Part shown: positions 37,382-47,236 of the stretch, piece by piece
How the letters are laid out: each line of letters starts with the position of its first letter
Numbering within the stretch: the stretch's first letter is position 1
Assembly (NCBI GenBank): GCA_964342485.1
Contig: CAYFFO010000009.1
Coordinates: 516 to 58,703, forward strand
From: an uncultured Dehalococcoidia bacterium
GTDB taxonomy: Bacteria; Chloroflexota; Dehalococcoidia; Lucifugimonadales; CAJWER01
Direction of reading: 5' to 3'
DNA: 58,188 nucleotides
The notes under the pieces: model-generated
Databases searched by the model: none
What the model was told of the DNA's origin: nothing
Seen by the model: the letters and a program-made list of their open reading frames with translations, nothing else
Translations under genes and position numbers: made by a program

Positions 37382-39613
37382 TCAGTCAGTACCGTTACCA
37401 TTTTTCGAAAGTGCTTTTTGTACAGAGGCAGGGTTCATTGGTAGTTCGGTCATTCTAACTCCAGTGGCATCGTGAATCGCATTAGCTAATGCTGCTAAAG
37501 GAGGTACTATCGAAACTTCACCAACTCCACGTACACCATATGGGTGATTTGGATTCGCTACTTCGACGATAACTGTATCGATCATAGGTAGATCCAAAGC
37601 GGTTGGCATTCTATAGTCTAAGAGGCTTGTATTTGCCATTGTACCGTTGTCAGTCATGTAATATTCTTCGTTCAATGCCCATCCGATTCCCTGGACTACA
37701 CCTCCCTGGATTTGACCTTCTACGTAACTTGGATGGATTGCTTTTCCAGCATCTTGTACAGCTGTATATCGCAGTATTTCAACCTTGCCGGTCTCAGGGT
37801 CCACTTCGACATCAACTATGTTGGTAGCAAAAGCGCTGCCTGCTCCTTGTGGATCCATATTAGCGCTACCTACTACAGGTCCTCCTGTTGATGGTAGCTC
37901 AGCAGCTAGTTCCTTGAAAGTGATACTAAGTTGAAGGTCAGAAACATGTTTAAAAACACCGTTAACGAGTTCCACATCATCTGTAGAGCTACCCCACAGA
38001 AGTGCAGCTCTCTTAATCATCTGTCTTTTCACGTCTTGAGCTGCTTCGTAACTAGCCCATCCTGTCTTAAATGCTCCTCCGCTTCCACCTGTCATAGAAG
38101 TGTACCCAATTTCTTCTGTGTGTCCTACATGAGGGTTTACATTTTCAACGGGAATACCCAGCACTTCAGCGAGTTGCTGAGAAGCTGCTGGTCTCGTTCC
38201 TCCAATATCTACTGTTCCAATAGTCAAATTAACTGACCCATCGTAATTGACATTTGCTGTGGCGCAGGCCGCTCCAGATCCGTTGACCCAGAATCCTGAT
38301 GCTACGCCACGGCCTTGGTTCTTTCCGGTTAAAGGCTTGCTATAATGATCATGGTTTTTTGCTGCTTCTGCAGTTTCAATAGCGCCTATTACAGGATTGA
38401 CCACACCATTTGCTCTTCTTGTCCCTTCCTTCGCTCCGTTAAGAATCCGAATATCTATAGGATCAAGGGATAATTTTTGACTCAGTTCGTCAATAAGTGT
38501 TTCAGCTGCATAGGCTCCGATTGGGGCTCCGGGAGCCCTGTAGGCAGTCGATTTTGGTTTGTTGTCAACTATGTCGTATGCGTCAATAAGGACATTATCT
38601 ATGTCATACGGTGAAAGCATACATTGGGCTGCTGCACCAACTGGAGATCCTGGCCATGCTCCTGCTTCAAATTTAAGGTCTACCTGAGCGGTAGTAATTT
38701 TACCACTGGTGGTAGCACCAATTTTCATAAACATATATGACCCAGCTGTTGGGCCGCTTCCTTCTAAAACATCTGCTCTGCTCATACTGATTTTTACAGG
38801 ATGTCCTGACAGTTTTGAAAGAATTGCTGCCACAGGTTCAAGGTATACAGTAGTTTTTCCACCGAACCCTCCACCTATTTCCATTGGGACTACTTTGACT
38901 TTAGAGGAAGGTAATCCAAGTACTTGTGCGGTATTCTCTCCTATTTGAAAGTGCCCTTGAGAACTACACCAGACTGTGATTTTATCTTGAGGTGTCCACC
39001 ATGCTGTTGCACTATGGGGTTCAATGTACCCTTGGTGTACTGTTTGTGTACGAAATTCACGTTCGATTACAATGTCTGAATCTTTAAAACCCTGTTCTAC
39101 GTTTCCCAGTTTAAGTTGAGTGTGATCTGAGATATTGTTTACATATTCATCATGTAACTGCGGAGCTCCTTCTGCTATAGCTTCTTGAGCTGTGGTCACT
39201 GAAGGTAGTAGTTCATAATCAATTTCAATCAATTCGAGTGCTTCTTCAGCAGCGTGAGGACTAGATGCAGCAATAGCTGCTACAGCATGACCTTTGTACA
39301 GTACTTTACCTGATGCTAGTACCTTGTTGTTTAACTGTCTGTCTCCAAGCGGCCAGTTACTTGAGTCTGGTAAATCAGAAGAAGTGATAACAGCAACTAC
39401 CCCAGGATAATTATTAGCTTTTGTTGTATTTATAGATTTAATTATTGCATGGGCATGTGGACTCCTTAGTACTTTACCGTGAAGTAAGCCTGGGAGGTCT
39501 ATATCAGCACTGTATTGTGCTTTACCAGTAACCTTGTCGTATCCATCATGTCTTATAGGGCGGGTACCAACTGTATTAAAATCTTTTTGGGAGAGAACTA
39601 TATTCGATGTCAT
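37382..39613 (-). CDS. Xanthine dehydrogenase/CoxL family molybdopterin-binding large subunit
   Basis: KVTGKAQY, LRSPHAHA, IGGGFGGK, AYRAPG, EGQIQGG..QG.G.AL.E, GVGE. Confidence 0.93.
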   Translation of the reverse strand: MTSNIVLSQKDFNTVGTRPIRHDGYDKVTGKAQYSADIDLPGLLHGKVLRSPHAHAIIKSINTTKANNYPGVVAVITSSDLPDSSNWPLGDRQLNNKVLASGKVLYKGHAVAAIAASSPHAAEEALELIEIDYELLPSVTTAQEAIAEGAPQLHDEYVNNISDHTQLKLGNVEQGFKDSDIVIEREFRTQTVHQGYIEPHSATAWWTPQDKITVWCSSQGHFQIGENTAQVLGLPSSKVKVVPMEIGGGFGGKTTVYLEPVAAILSKLSGHPVKISMSRADVLEGSGPTAGSYMFMKIGATTSGKITTAQVDLKFEAGAWPGSPVGAAAQCMLSPYDIDNVLIDAYDIVDNKPKSTAYRAPGAPIGAYAAETLIDELSQKLSLDPIDIRILNGAKEGTRRANGVVNPVIGAIETAEAAKNHDHYSKPLTGKNQGRGVASGFWVNGSGAACATANVNYDGSVNLTIGTVDIGGTRPAASQQLAEVLGIPVENVNPHVGHTEEIGYTSMTGGSGGAFKTGWASYEAAQDVKRQMIKRAALLWGSSTDDVELVNGVFKHVSDLQLSITFKELAAELPSTGGPVVGSANMDPQGAGSAFATNIVDVEVDPETGKVEILRYTAVQDAGKAIHPSYVEGQIQGGVVQGIGWALNEEYYMTDNGTMANTSLLDYRMPTALDLPMIDTVIVEVANPNHPYGVRGVGEVSIVPPLAALANAIHDATGVRMTELPMNPASVQKALSKNGNGTD

Positions 39614-40009
39614 ACTTTAGTTTAGCCTCTGAACTATATTTTTCCGATTTTGAACTGTTCTGGATTGTATCATAGCAAAAAAGGGTTAGTAGCAACATCT
39701 TTCAACTACGGACAGTTCATCAGCGATGTTGTGGTACATGGGTCAATTTATTCCGTTTTCAGAGATTTACTGTAAAACAAAGATTCAAATCAGATGTTAT
39801 CGAACACAAGAATTTTACTGTTAAATCAATCAAGGTTTCAACCGGTGTTTGGTAGAAGTTTAAAATATTCGATAACAAACTATTCGAAATAGTGGATAAA
39901 ACTAAAAATTCGGACGAAACAAAAACATACCTAACCAAAACGTTAAATAATGTATGGATAAATACAATTAAGGATTATTATTTGTTAGAAAGTAGTAGTT
40001 TTAAGAGTG

Positions 40010-41176
40010 TTAATTGTTAAGCAATTGTCTGATTGAATCGATCAAGAATTCAATTTCTTGATCAGTATTGAAAAAATTTAATGAGACTCTTATAGATGCA
40101 GGATATTCTACATTCCTGACTATAATTCTGTTATCTTCCCAAAGGTTCAAACATGCTGTTTCTTGATCGATTCCTGATAAATGAAATGTTACTAATCCTG
40201 ATTGTGTAGGTTTATCAGTTGGAGAAAGAATTTTTGTGTCTTCAAGATCAGAAAGTTTGTTGATCAAAGTAGTTGATAATTCAAGGTTTCTTTTTTCTAT
40301 TTTATCTAAACCTATGTCAGAAATGTATTTAATTCCATTTATCAACCCAGAACGTAGTGGTGCACTTGTTGTAGTCAATTTAAATTTCTCAATTAAATGT
40401 GAATCTGGAAGAAAACTTCCATCTAAATTGTAGTCGATGACCCAGCTATCAGATACCCTGACTGGTTCAATAAGTGGGATTCTCTTTTTATTAATATATA
40501 AAGCTCCTGTTCCATCAGGTCCTAACAGCCATTTTTGCCCGGGCATGGCATAGAAATCACATCCCAATTTTTTCACATCAACATTAATATGTCCTACACC
40601 TTGGGCTCCATCAATCATCAATAAAATATCTAGGTTTGAGATTAGATTGCTGATTTTTTCGATTGGCATTCGCAGTCCATTTGAATATTGGACATGGCTG
40701 AAAAATATCATCCTGGTTTTGTCTGTTATGGCTTCAGAAATCTTTTCAAGAATGCTCTGGTGTGTGTCATTTGATGACAAGTTTAAAATATCCAATTCTA
40801 CGCCGTGGAGGTTATTGGCCTGATAACAGGGGAGAAGAATCGATGGGTGTTCAAGGTTACATGTAATGATACGGTCGTTTTTCTTCCATGGGAAACCTGA
40901 CAAAATAGTATTGATACCATCAGTCGTACTCGTTGTAATAAGTACTTCTTCAGGAGAACAGTTAATTAGTTTTGCGATTGCTAGTCCCAAATTTACGTCA
41001 ATATCTTCAGCACTTTGGATTACATTTGGAGCAGTAGGTCCATTTGAATTCTCAAATTCCAGTCTGTCGTTTATACTTTTTATAACTAAATTAGGGGATG
41101 GTCCTGACCATCCAGTGTTAAAATAGGTCAGATTTGAAAGTGTCGGAAAATCTTCTCGTATTGTTTTTATATCCAC
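40010..41176 (-). CDS. PLP-dependent class V aminotransferase (cysteine/cystine C-S lyase-like)
   Basis: IREDFP, EHPS, DGAQG.G, PGQKWLLGP.GTG, IRVS. Lacks the SufS/IscS catalytic Cys loop. Confidence 0.85.
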   Translation of the reverse strand: MDIKTIREDFPTLSNLTYFNTGWSGPSPNLVIKSINDRLEFENSNGPTAPNVIQSAEDIDVNLGLAIAKLINCSPEEVLITTSTTDGINTILSGFPWKKNDRIITCNLEHPSILLPCYQANNLHGVELDILNLSSNDTHQSILEKISEAITDKTRMIFFSHVQYSNGLRMPIEKISNLISNLDILLMIDGAQGVGHINVDVKKLGCDFYAMPGQKWLLGPDGTGALYINKKRIPLIEPVRVSDSWVIDYNLDGSFLPDSHLIEKFKLTTTSAPLRSGLINGIKYISDIGLDKIEKRNLELSTTLINKLSDLEDTKILSPTDKPTQSGLVTFHLSGIDQETACLNLWEDNRIIVRNVEYPASIRVSLNFFNTDQEIEFLIDSIRQLLNN

Positions 41177-41239
41177 AAGGTCCTCAATCGAACAGTCAAG
41201 AAACTGTCTACCTGGTTTTTAAATAATTCTTACGGCAGT

Positions 41240-42280
41240 CTAGACTAGTGGTAACTGTACAGTTTCACCTGTTCTGGAACTTATGTGAACCGCATCTGTA
41301 AATTCCATGTATTTAACACCGTCTTCAAATGAAGTGTGTGTAACAGTCTCTTGGCCACGGATAGAGTTCACAAATTCTTCTTCGACTCTCCAATATCCTT
41401 CTTGTTCTGAAGAGATACTAATCTCAGCCATATTTTCTTCACCTTTTTTCGCTGAATAGAGTTTAGTTGTTTGTGTGTCTAATCGGATTGTCGCCTCTGT
41501 ACCGAACATCGTCAGGTAATCAGCTCCTGAATGTCCGAGAGTTTTACCGATTCTTATATGCATCACTGGACCAGATTCAATTTCACTGAGAACTTGAACG
41601 TAATCGGGTACGGTGATAAATCGTGTTGAACCGGAATCGTCTTTTCTACTTTTAACGTGTGTTCTTGTTATAGCTTTTACATTTTTTGCTGGTCCTACGT
41701 ATCTCATAATTTCTTCGTACCAGATTCCAAGCTGCATCATGTTATTGCCACTCAGATCTTTGTTTTCTCTCCAATGTAAGAGGCTTTGTCTGTCAATAAA
41801 ATCACCTCCGAGTGATAATTCAACTGATAAGATTTCACCTAGATAGTTATCCGCAATCAAATTTTTTATGGTATTTTCTACTCTTAGTGAAAGCGGCCCA
41901 GGTACGATCTGAGTGACTAACTTGGGTTTTTGTCTTGATGCTGTTAACATCTCGCGCGCTTCAACTGAGTTCATTGCCATACGTGCTTCACACAACACAT
42001 GTTTATTATTTTCCAGTGCTGCTAAAACCAGAGTCTTATGCATATAAGGCCAAGTGCCTATACAAATGGCGTTCGTGTCTTTGGCAAGGACGAGATCTTC
42101 CCAACTGTCATAAACTGTTTCAAGGTTCCATTCATCGGCTATTTTTTGCCCTGATTTCCTTGATCTGTTAGCTACACTAACTGCTTTTACACCATTGATT
42201 GCTTGCAATTTTGGAAGATGTTGAAGTGTAGTATTGGCACCTGCTCCAATGAATCCAACTCGAATGTCTTCGTTATTCAT
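41240..42280 (-). CDS. Gfo/Idh/MocA family oxidoreductase
   Basis: GFIGAG, IGTWPYMH, KHVLCEARMA. Confidence 0.88.
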   Translation of the reverse strand: MNNEDIRVGFIGAGANTTLQHLPKLQAINGVKAVSVANRSRKSGQKIADEWNLETVYDSWEDLVLAKDTNAICIGTWPYMHKTLVLAALENNKHVLCEARMAMNSVEAREMLTASRQKPKLVTQIVPGPLSLRVENTIKNLIADNYLGEILSVELSLGGDFIDRQSLLHWRENKDLSGNNMMQLGIWYEEIMRYVGPAKNVKAITRTHVKSRKDDSGSTRFITVPDYVQVLSEIESGPVMHIRIGKTLGHSGADYLTMFGTEATIRLDTQTTKLYSAKKGEENMAEISISSEQEGYWRVEEEFVNSIRGQETVTHTSFEDGVKYMEFTDAVHISSRTGETVQLPLV

Positions 42281-42332
42281 TTAGATCCTCCGTATTGTTA
42301 AGTCTAATAGGAATTGTCGTACTTTTCCGAGT

Positions 42333-43256
42333 CTATATCAATCCCGGGTAGTCAAGTCTACCTTGGAGTTCTGTTTTAGCCGAATATAAATATCCTTCTC
42401 CAGTCGTAACATAAAGAGTATTGAGATCATCTCCCCCAAATGTACAGTTGGTAGGCCGGTCAGAGGGGAATTTATGTTGATCCAAGATTGTTCCTTCTGG
42501 TGAAAATACGTAGATAATAGGTCCGGGTCCGCTTTGATTAAAACCTGCTGTAGCTATTATGTTTCCTGAAGTGTCCAAGACCATACCATCAACTCCACGA
42601 TGTGGGCCAAAGTCGTGAATAATTGTGAATGTTCCTAAACTGTAATCTGGATTGATAGGATAGGCACGTAATTGCCTAAGTTCAGACGGTTCCTTACCAG
42701 ATTGCGCAACGTACAGGGTTTCATAGTTTAATGAAAAAAGGATTCCGTTTGGCTTAGAAGTGTCAAAGGTTACTCGGATGATGGACCATGTTCCATCATC
42801 GTTCGGATCTAGTCTGTAAACAGAATCGTGTTCTAGTTCTTTTGCTGTTCTGTCTTCACTCCATGGTCCGCCTGCCCCTTCGTAGTAAGGGTCTGTAAAC
42901 CAAATACTTCCATTATGATGAATAGCAAGGTCATTTGGTATATTCAATTTTCGTTTTGTAAAGCGATGGGCAATCTCTACTGTCGTGTTGTTTTGATTGT
43001 ATTTTACAACCCGTCTGGCTCCTCCCTCACATGCAAACAAATTACCAGTTTTATCAAAGATTAACCCATTTGCATTGTTCGTATTTGATCGAAAAATACT
43101 AGATTTACCTAATTTCGGGTCAAATCGCATGATTTTACTTGCAGGTATGTGAGTAAAAAGTAAACCTGAACCATCCCAAGCTGGTCCTTCAATGCTGCCA
43201 GAATATGGTCCATCAATTAGATCAAAATCCCAAGTCATCGATTGCTCCTGAATCAA
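42333..43256 (-). CDS. SMP-30/gluconolactonase/LRE family protein
   Basis: EGPAW, NGL, PNDL, FTDP, PNGI, DGM..D..GN, PTNCTFGG.D..TLYVT. Start may be ATG 43238. Confidence 0.9.
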   Translation of the reverse strand: MIQEQSMTWDFDLIDGPYSGSIEGPAWDGSGLLFTHIPASKIMRFDPKLGKSSIFRSNTNNANGLIFDKTGNLFACEGGARRVVKYNQNNTTVEIAHRFTKRKLNIPNDLAIHHNGSIWFTDPYYEGAGGPWSEDRTAKELEHDSVYRLDPNDDGTWSIIRVTFDTSKPNGILFSLNYETLYVAQSGKEPSELRQLRAYPINPDYSLGTFTIIHDFGPHRGVDGMVLDTSGNIIATAGFNQSGPGPIIYVFSPEGTILDQHKFPSDRPTNCTFGGDDLNTLYVTTGEGYLYSAKTELQGRLDYPGLI

Positions 43257-43403
43257 GTAACGCTTAATGTGAATTTATCATAATGATAATATCAGGTTAT
43301 CCTGTATTTATTGCGAAACATGATTTGAGATCAAATTTTGTTTGAGGTCAATCCCTTTTTTTTGTATATACTTAAGACAGTCTAGTTCATCTGGAGGTGC
43401 ATC

Positions 43404-44258
43404 ATGAAAATCGGAGCTCACGTATCTACATCAGGTGGCGTCGATAAAGCAATAGATCGAGCGGAAGAAATAGGTGCCGAAGCTGTCCAAATATTTGCTT
43501 CATCTCCAAGGACGTGGCGCTTTCGGTTCCCCCAAGAAGAGGAGGTTATTTTATTCCGTGAGAAGTCTGAACAAAAAAATATACAACCATCATTCATACA
43601 TTGTAGTTACTTGGTAAATGTAGGTGGAAATCCCGACCATATCAGTAAATCGATAGAAACTCTCTCTAATACTATTAATGTGGGGTCTCAATTAGGAGTT
43701 CGTGGAGTAATATTTCATGGAGGCTCCCATAAAGGGTCAGGTTTTGATGCTATATTTGAACAAGCTATCTCTGCTCTCAAAATAGTTCTGGAACAAACAC
43801 CGGATGATACAATGTTGATCATTGAAAACAGTGCTGGAATGGGATCTCATATCGGCTCATCTTTTGCAGAAATAGGGAAGATTGTAGATGCGTTAAGTAA
43901 CGATAGGGTAGGGGTCTGTTTAGATACCCAACACTGTATAGCGGCAGGCTATAATTTAGCAGAAAAAGATCTAATCGATGATGTAATTAACGAGTTCAAT
44001 GATGAAATCGGACTAGATAAACTTGTGGCTGTTCACGCCAATGATTCAAAAACAGCTTTTGGCTCAGGGGTTGATCGGCATGAAAATATTGGTGAAGGCA
44101 ACATAGGTTTAAAAGGTTTTGAAACGATCATGGAGCACATTGCATTCCGAGAGATCCCATTTTTGCTCGAGGTACCTGGTTTTGGTGAAGATTCTAAAGG
44201 TCCAGACAAAGAAAACGTTGATCGTCTCAAAAAGATTAGAACGGAAGTGGGTTTGTAG
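43404..44258 (+). CDS. nfo: Endonuclease IV (AP endonuclease)
   Basis: IGAHVS, QIF...PR.W, H..YLVN, EN.AG, CLDTQH, HANDSK, DRHENIG.G, LEVP. Confidence 0.95.
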   Translation: MKIGAHVSTSGGVDKAIDRAEEIGAEAVQIFASSPRTWRFRFPQEEEVILFREKSEQKNIQPSFIHCSYLVNVGGNPDHISKSIETLSNTINVGSQLGVRGVIFHGGSHKGSGFDAIFEQAISALKIVLEQTPDDTMLIIENSAGMGSHIGSSFAEIGKIVDALSNDRVGVCLDTQHCIAAGYNLAEKDLIDDVINEFNDEIGLDKLVAVHANDSKTAFGSGVDRHENIGEGNIGLKGFETIMEHIAFREIPFLLEVPGFGEDSKGPDKENVDRLKKIRTEVGL

Positions 44259-44351
44259 TTAAAGATCATTAAACCACATTAATAATTTCTATTGAGATAT
44301 TCAATCAATAACTTAATTCCATAAGAAGATACTACGGTAATAGGTGTAACA

Positions 44352-45446
44352 GTGGAAAAGGCGAAATCTAAATACAAGGAATACTTGAATGCAGAACTTG
44401 AAGCTGCAGCAATGTACGAAGCTTTGGCATCTATAGAAAAAGTCCCGGAAAGGGCACAGATATTTAGGGAACTGGTTAAATCTGAGATGAAACATGCTAG
44501 AAGATGGGCAGATAAACTTGGAATTGATCCTGGCACAATTAAACCTAGATCTCTTGGTCCAAAAAACTGTATTTTACATATAGGTGCGAGACTGTTTGGT
44601 ACCAACCGAGTATTACCTATTCTCTTACATCTTGAAGCAAAAGAAACAGATGCGTACCTGATAGATCCAGAAGCCCGTGATCTTGTCATGGAAGAGAGGC
44701 AACATTCAAAAACGTTGAGTGAATTGTCTGGATCGAAGGAACGTGGTCATGTTTCTGGCCTAGCTACCTTTATAGGTAATAGTGGTGGTCTTAGGGCAGC
44801 TGTACTAGGTATGAATGACGGTTTGGTTTCCAATTTCAGTTTAGTTATGGGTGTGGCTGGAGGAACCGGGAATCATGACTTTATATTAATTGCTGGTATA
44901 GCAGGCCTTTTGGCTGGTGCATTTTCCATGGCTGCTGGTGAATATGTCTCAATGCGATCTCAGCGTGATGTTTACGAATATGAAATTCTCAAAGAAGAAA
45001 TTGAACTTCGGGAATGGCCAGATGAAGAAAAGGAAGAATTAATACTGATTTATCAGGCAAAGGGCTTGTCCAGGGATGAAGCAGAGCAAATATCGGAACG
45101 GGTAATGAGTAACCATGAAGTAGCTCTGGATACCATGGCCAGAGAAGAATTGGGTCTTGACCCATCATCCCTAGGATCACCATGGTTGGCTTCGGCAAGC
45201 TCGTTTTTATCTTTTGTCTGTGGAGCCTCTATACCAATTGCACCATTTATTTTTGGGATAGGTTCTACAGCACTGATATTTAGTTCTGTGTTGAGTGGAT
45301 CAGCCCTTGTGTTTGTTGGTGGTTTCCTCTCAAGTTTATCGGGTAAAAGTGTTGTCAAAGGGGGCATTCGGATGTTGTTCGCCGGTGGTTTGGCAGCTAC
45401 GGTGACTTACTCGGTTGGTAGTTTGATTGGAGTGGCAATTAATTAA
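44352..45446 (+). CDS. Ferritin/rubrerythrin-like domain fused to a VIT1/CCC1 iron/manganese transporter
   Basis: E...ExxH (EMKH) and E...ExxH (ERQH) di-iron pattern, then LRAAVLG.NDGLVS and AGAFSMAAGEYVS. Confidence 0.9.
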   Translation: MEKAKSKYKEYLNAELEAAAMYEALASIEKVPERAQIFRELVKSEMKHARRWADKLGIDPGTIKPRSLGPKNCILHIGARLFGTNRVLPILLHLEAKETDAYLIDPEARDLVMEERQHSKTLSELSGSKERGHVSGLATFIGNSGGLRAAVLGMNDGLVSNFSLVMGVAGGTGNHDFILIAGIAGLLAGAFSMAAGEYVSMRSQRDVYEYEILKEEIELREWPDEEKEELILIYQAKGLSRDEAEQISERVMSNHEVALDTMAREELGLDPSSLGSPWLASASSFLSFVCGASIPIAPFIFGIGSTALIFSSVLSGSALVFVGGFLSSLSGKSVVKGGIRMLFAGGLAATVTYSVGSLIGVAIN

Positions 45447-45480
45447 TTTACTTCAATAATCACTCAGGTGATACGGGTAG

Positions 45481-46215
45481 ATGAAAAGTTCTTTTGAGAT
45501 TTTTAAGTTTGCTGGAATCAGGGTATTTGTCCATTACTCTATAGGTTTTGCGTTGATTTTTTTCCCATTGATTGTAGGGTTGCAGTTTTTGCCATCACGT
45601 TATCCTGATTGGGAAATGAAATTGTACTTGATCGTAAGTTTGATATCAGTGTTGTTAATGTTTGTGTCGGTACTAATACACGAAATGTCCCATTGCATTG
45701 TAGCGTCATTAAGGGGACTCAAAGTAAAGAGGATCACATTATTTGTATTAGGAGGAATGAGTTTTATCAAAGATGGGACTAGTACTGCTTACGATGAAAT
45801 TTTGATTTGTATAAGCGGTCCTGCAATTAGCCTTGTCCTGAGTTTTGTGTTTTGGATCTTGTTAAATCTCTCTGCTATTCCTGGGCATTTAGATTTTGTT
45901 GAAGCGATCCTTTATTATATGGCGATACTTAATCTTGTTCTGTTTTTATTTAATATGGTTCCGGCACTCCCTTTAGACGGAGGAAGGATTATCAGAGCAA
46001 CTATTTGGTTAATCACAGGTAATTACACAAGAGCTACATTTTGGTCGGCGATGTCGGGATACTTAGTTGGTATTGCTTTGATTGGATTAGGATCTTTCTA
46101 TTTATTTTTAAACGGTATGATATCGGGTTTGTGGTATGGATTGTTGGGTATATTTATTTTGTATGCGGCCCGACAAACAATAAAACATGATCACGTCAAT
46201 TCACATGATACCTGA
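45481..46215 (+). CDS. Site-2 protease (peptidase M50, SpoIVFB-like) without CBS domains
   Basis: HEMSH zinc motif, GP, FNMVPALPLDGGRI. Confidence 0.92.
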   Translation: MKSSFEIFKFAGIRVFVHYSIGFALIFFPLIVGLQFLPSRYPDWEMKLYLIVSLISVLLMFVSVLIHEMSHCIVASLRGLKVKRITLFVLGGMSFIKDGTSTAYDEILICISGPAISLVLSFVFWILLNLSAIPGHLDFVEAILYYMAILNLVLFLFNMVPALPLDGGRIIRATIWLITGNYTRATFWSAMSGYLVGIALIGLGSFYLFLNGMISGLWYGLLGIFILYAARQTIKHDHVNSHDT

Positions 46216-46271
46216 TACGATCATTTGTTTATCGAACAGTAATTAATATTTTGGTATAGGAGTTTTAGATA

Positions 46272-47177
46272 ATGTACCGGCAAGTGAAAGTCTCAGCAAT
46301 ATCCATTAAACCGAAAAAATGGGATAAAGAACATAATTACAACCTGGTTGAATCCTATTTCAGGCTAGCTGCGTCTGAAAATCCTGACCTTATATTAACT
46401 ACAGAAGGTGTGTTGGAAGGATACGGCATCATGGAAGTTCTTGAAGGCAGACAATCACCGGATAAACTATTTGATATTGCGGAACCAATCGACGGGCCTT
46501 ACATAAACAGATTTCGGGAATTGGCAATTGAATTAAAAACGTGTTTGTGTTTCGGTTTTGCAGAAATCATAAGTAATAACCTCTACAATACTGCGGTTTT
46601 TATTGATAAAGACGGTCTTATAAGAGGTAAATATCACAAAACTCAGTTTGCAGAAGGAACCATTCCTACATGCAATTTTAACAGGGTTGGGAACGCTCTT
46701 AGAGCTTTTGACACACCAATGGGACGGATGGGTTTTATTATTTGTAACGATAGATGGAACCCCATGATTACCAGAGCGTTGGTTTTGGATGGAGCCCAGG
46801 TTATTTTAATACCGTCTTGGGGATCTAAATCCAAAGAACAAAATAGAACAGTGTTAGCCAGGGCCAGAGAAAATGGAGTACCAATAGTAGAAGCAAACGT
46901 AGGTATGAATCTGATAATCAGTAAGGGCGAAATTGTGGCCTATGATTGGGGTAATAATAAGATTACTACTGGAATAATCGATGTACCTGCACCTGTGTCT
47001 GTTTATAATGCTCGGAAGTATGAGAGAGAATATTTAAAGTTACAGCATCCGGAAATGGGGAAACGTTTCCAGAGAACTATGAAAAGAATAAAAGAAGATT
47101 CTATATTCAATAAAAATGAAAACTGTCCTTGTGGTAATGGAAAAAAGTTTGCAAACTGTCATTATCAAAGTCGTTAG
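46272..47177 (+). CDS. Carbon-nitrogen hydrolase family protein with C-terminal SEC-C motif
   Basis: Triad Glu (TTEG), Lys (YHK), Cys (ICNDR). C-terminal KNENCPCGNGKKFANCH. Confidence 0.88.
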   Translation: MYRQVKVSAISIKPKKWDKEHNYNLVESYFRLAASENPDLILTTEGVLEGYGIMEVLEGRQSPDKLFDIAEPIDGPYINRFRELAIELKTCLCFGFAEIISNNLYNTAVFIDKDGLIRGKYHKTQFAEGTIPTCNFNRVGNALRAFDTPMGRMGFIICNDRWNPMITRALVLDGAQVILIPSWGSKSKEQNRTVLARARENGVPIVEANVGMNLIISKGEIVAYDWGNNKITTGIIDVPAPVSVYNARKYEREYLKLQHPEMGKRFQRTMKRIKEDSIFNKNENCPCGNGKKFANCHYQSR

Positions 47178-47236
47178 GTGGATATATAGATCGGAAGAAT
47201 AGTTAAAAACATATTTGTATTTATAGAGGGAATGAA

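Noticed and set aside
37382-39613. Aerobic CO dehydrogenase CoxL
   Set aside because: The active-site loop is AYRAPG, not AYxCSFR or AYRGAGR, and there are no coxMS or accessory genes.
39679-39737. Complete hammerhead ribozyme or SAM-I riboswitch
   Set aside because: It lacks hammerhead stem III and the NUH site, and lacks the SAM-I core (AUCAAGAG, GCAACC, GUGC). Kept only as an unexplained hairpin.
40010-41176. SufS/selenocysteine lyase
   Set aside because: The RxGxHCA catalytic Cys motif is absent, which fits a cystine-lyase-like class V enzyme better.
44279-44689. 136-aa minus-strand ORF and the many other short antisense ORFs in the track
   Set aside because: Shadow ORFs lying opposite well-supported genes, with no motifs.
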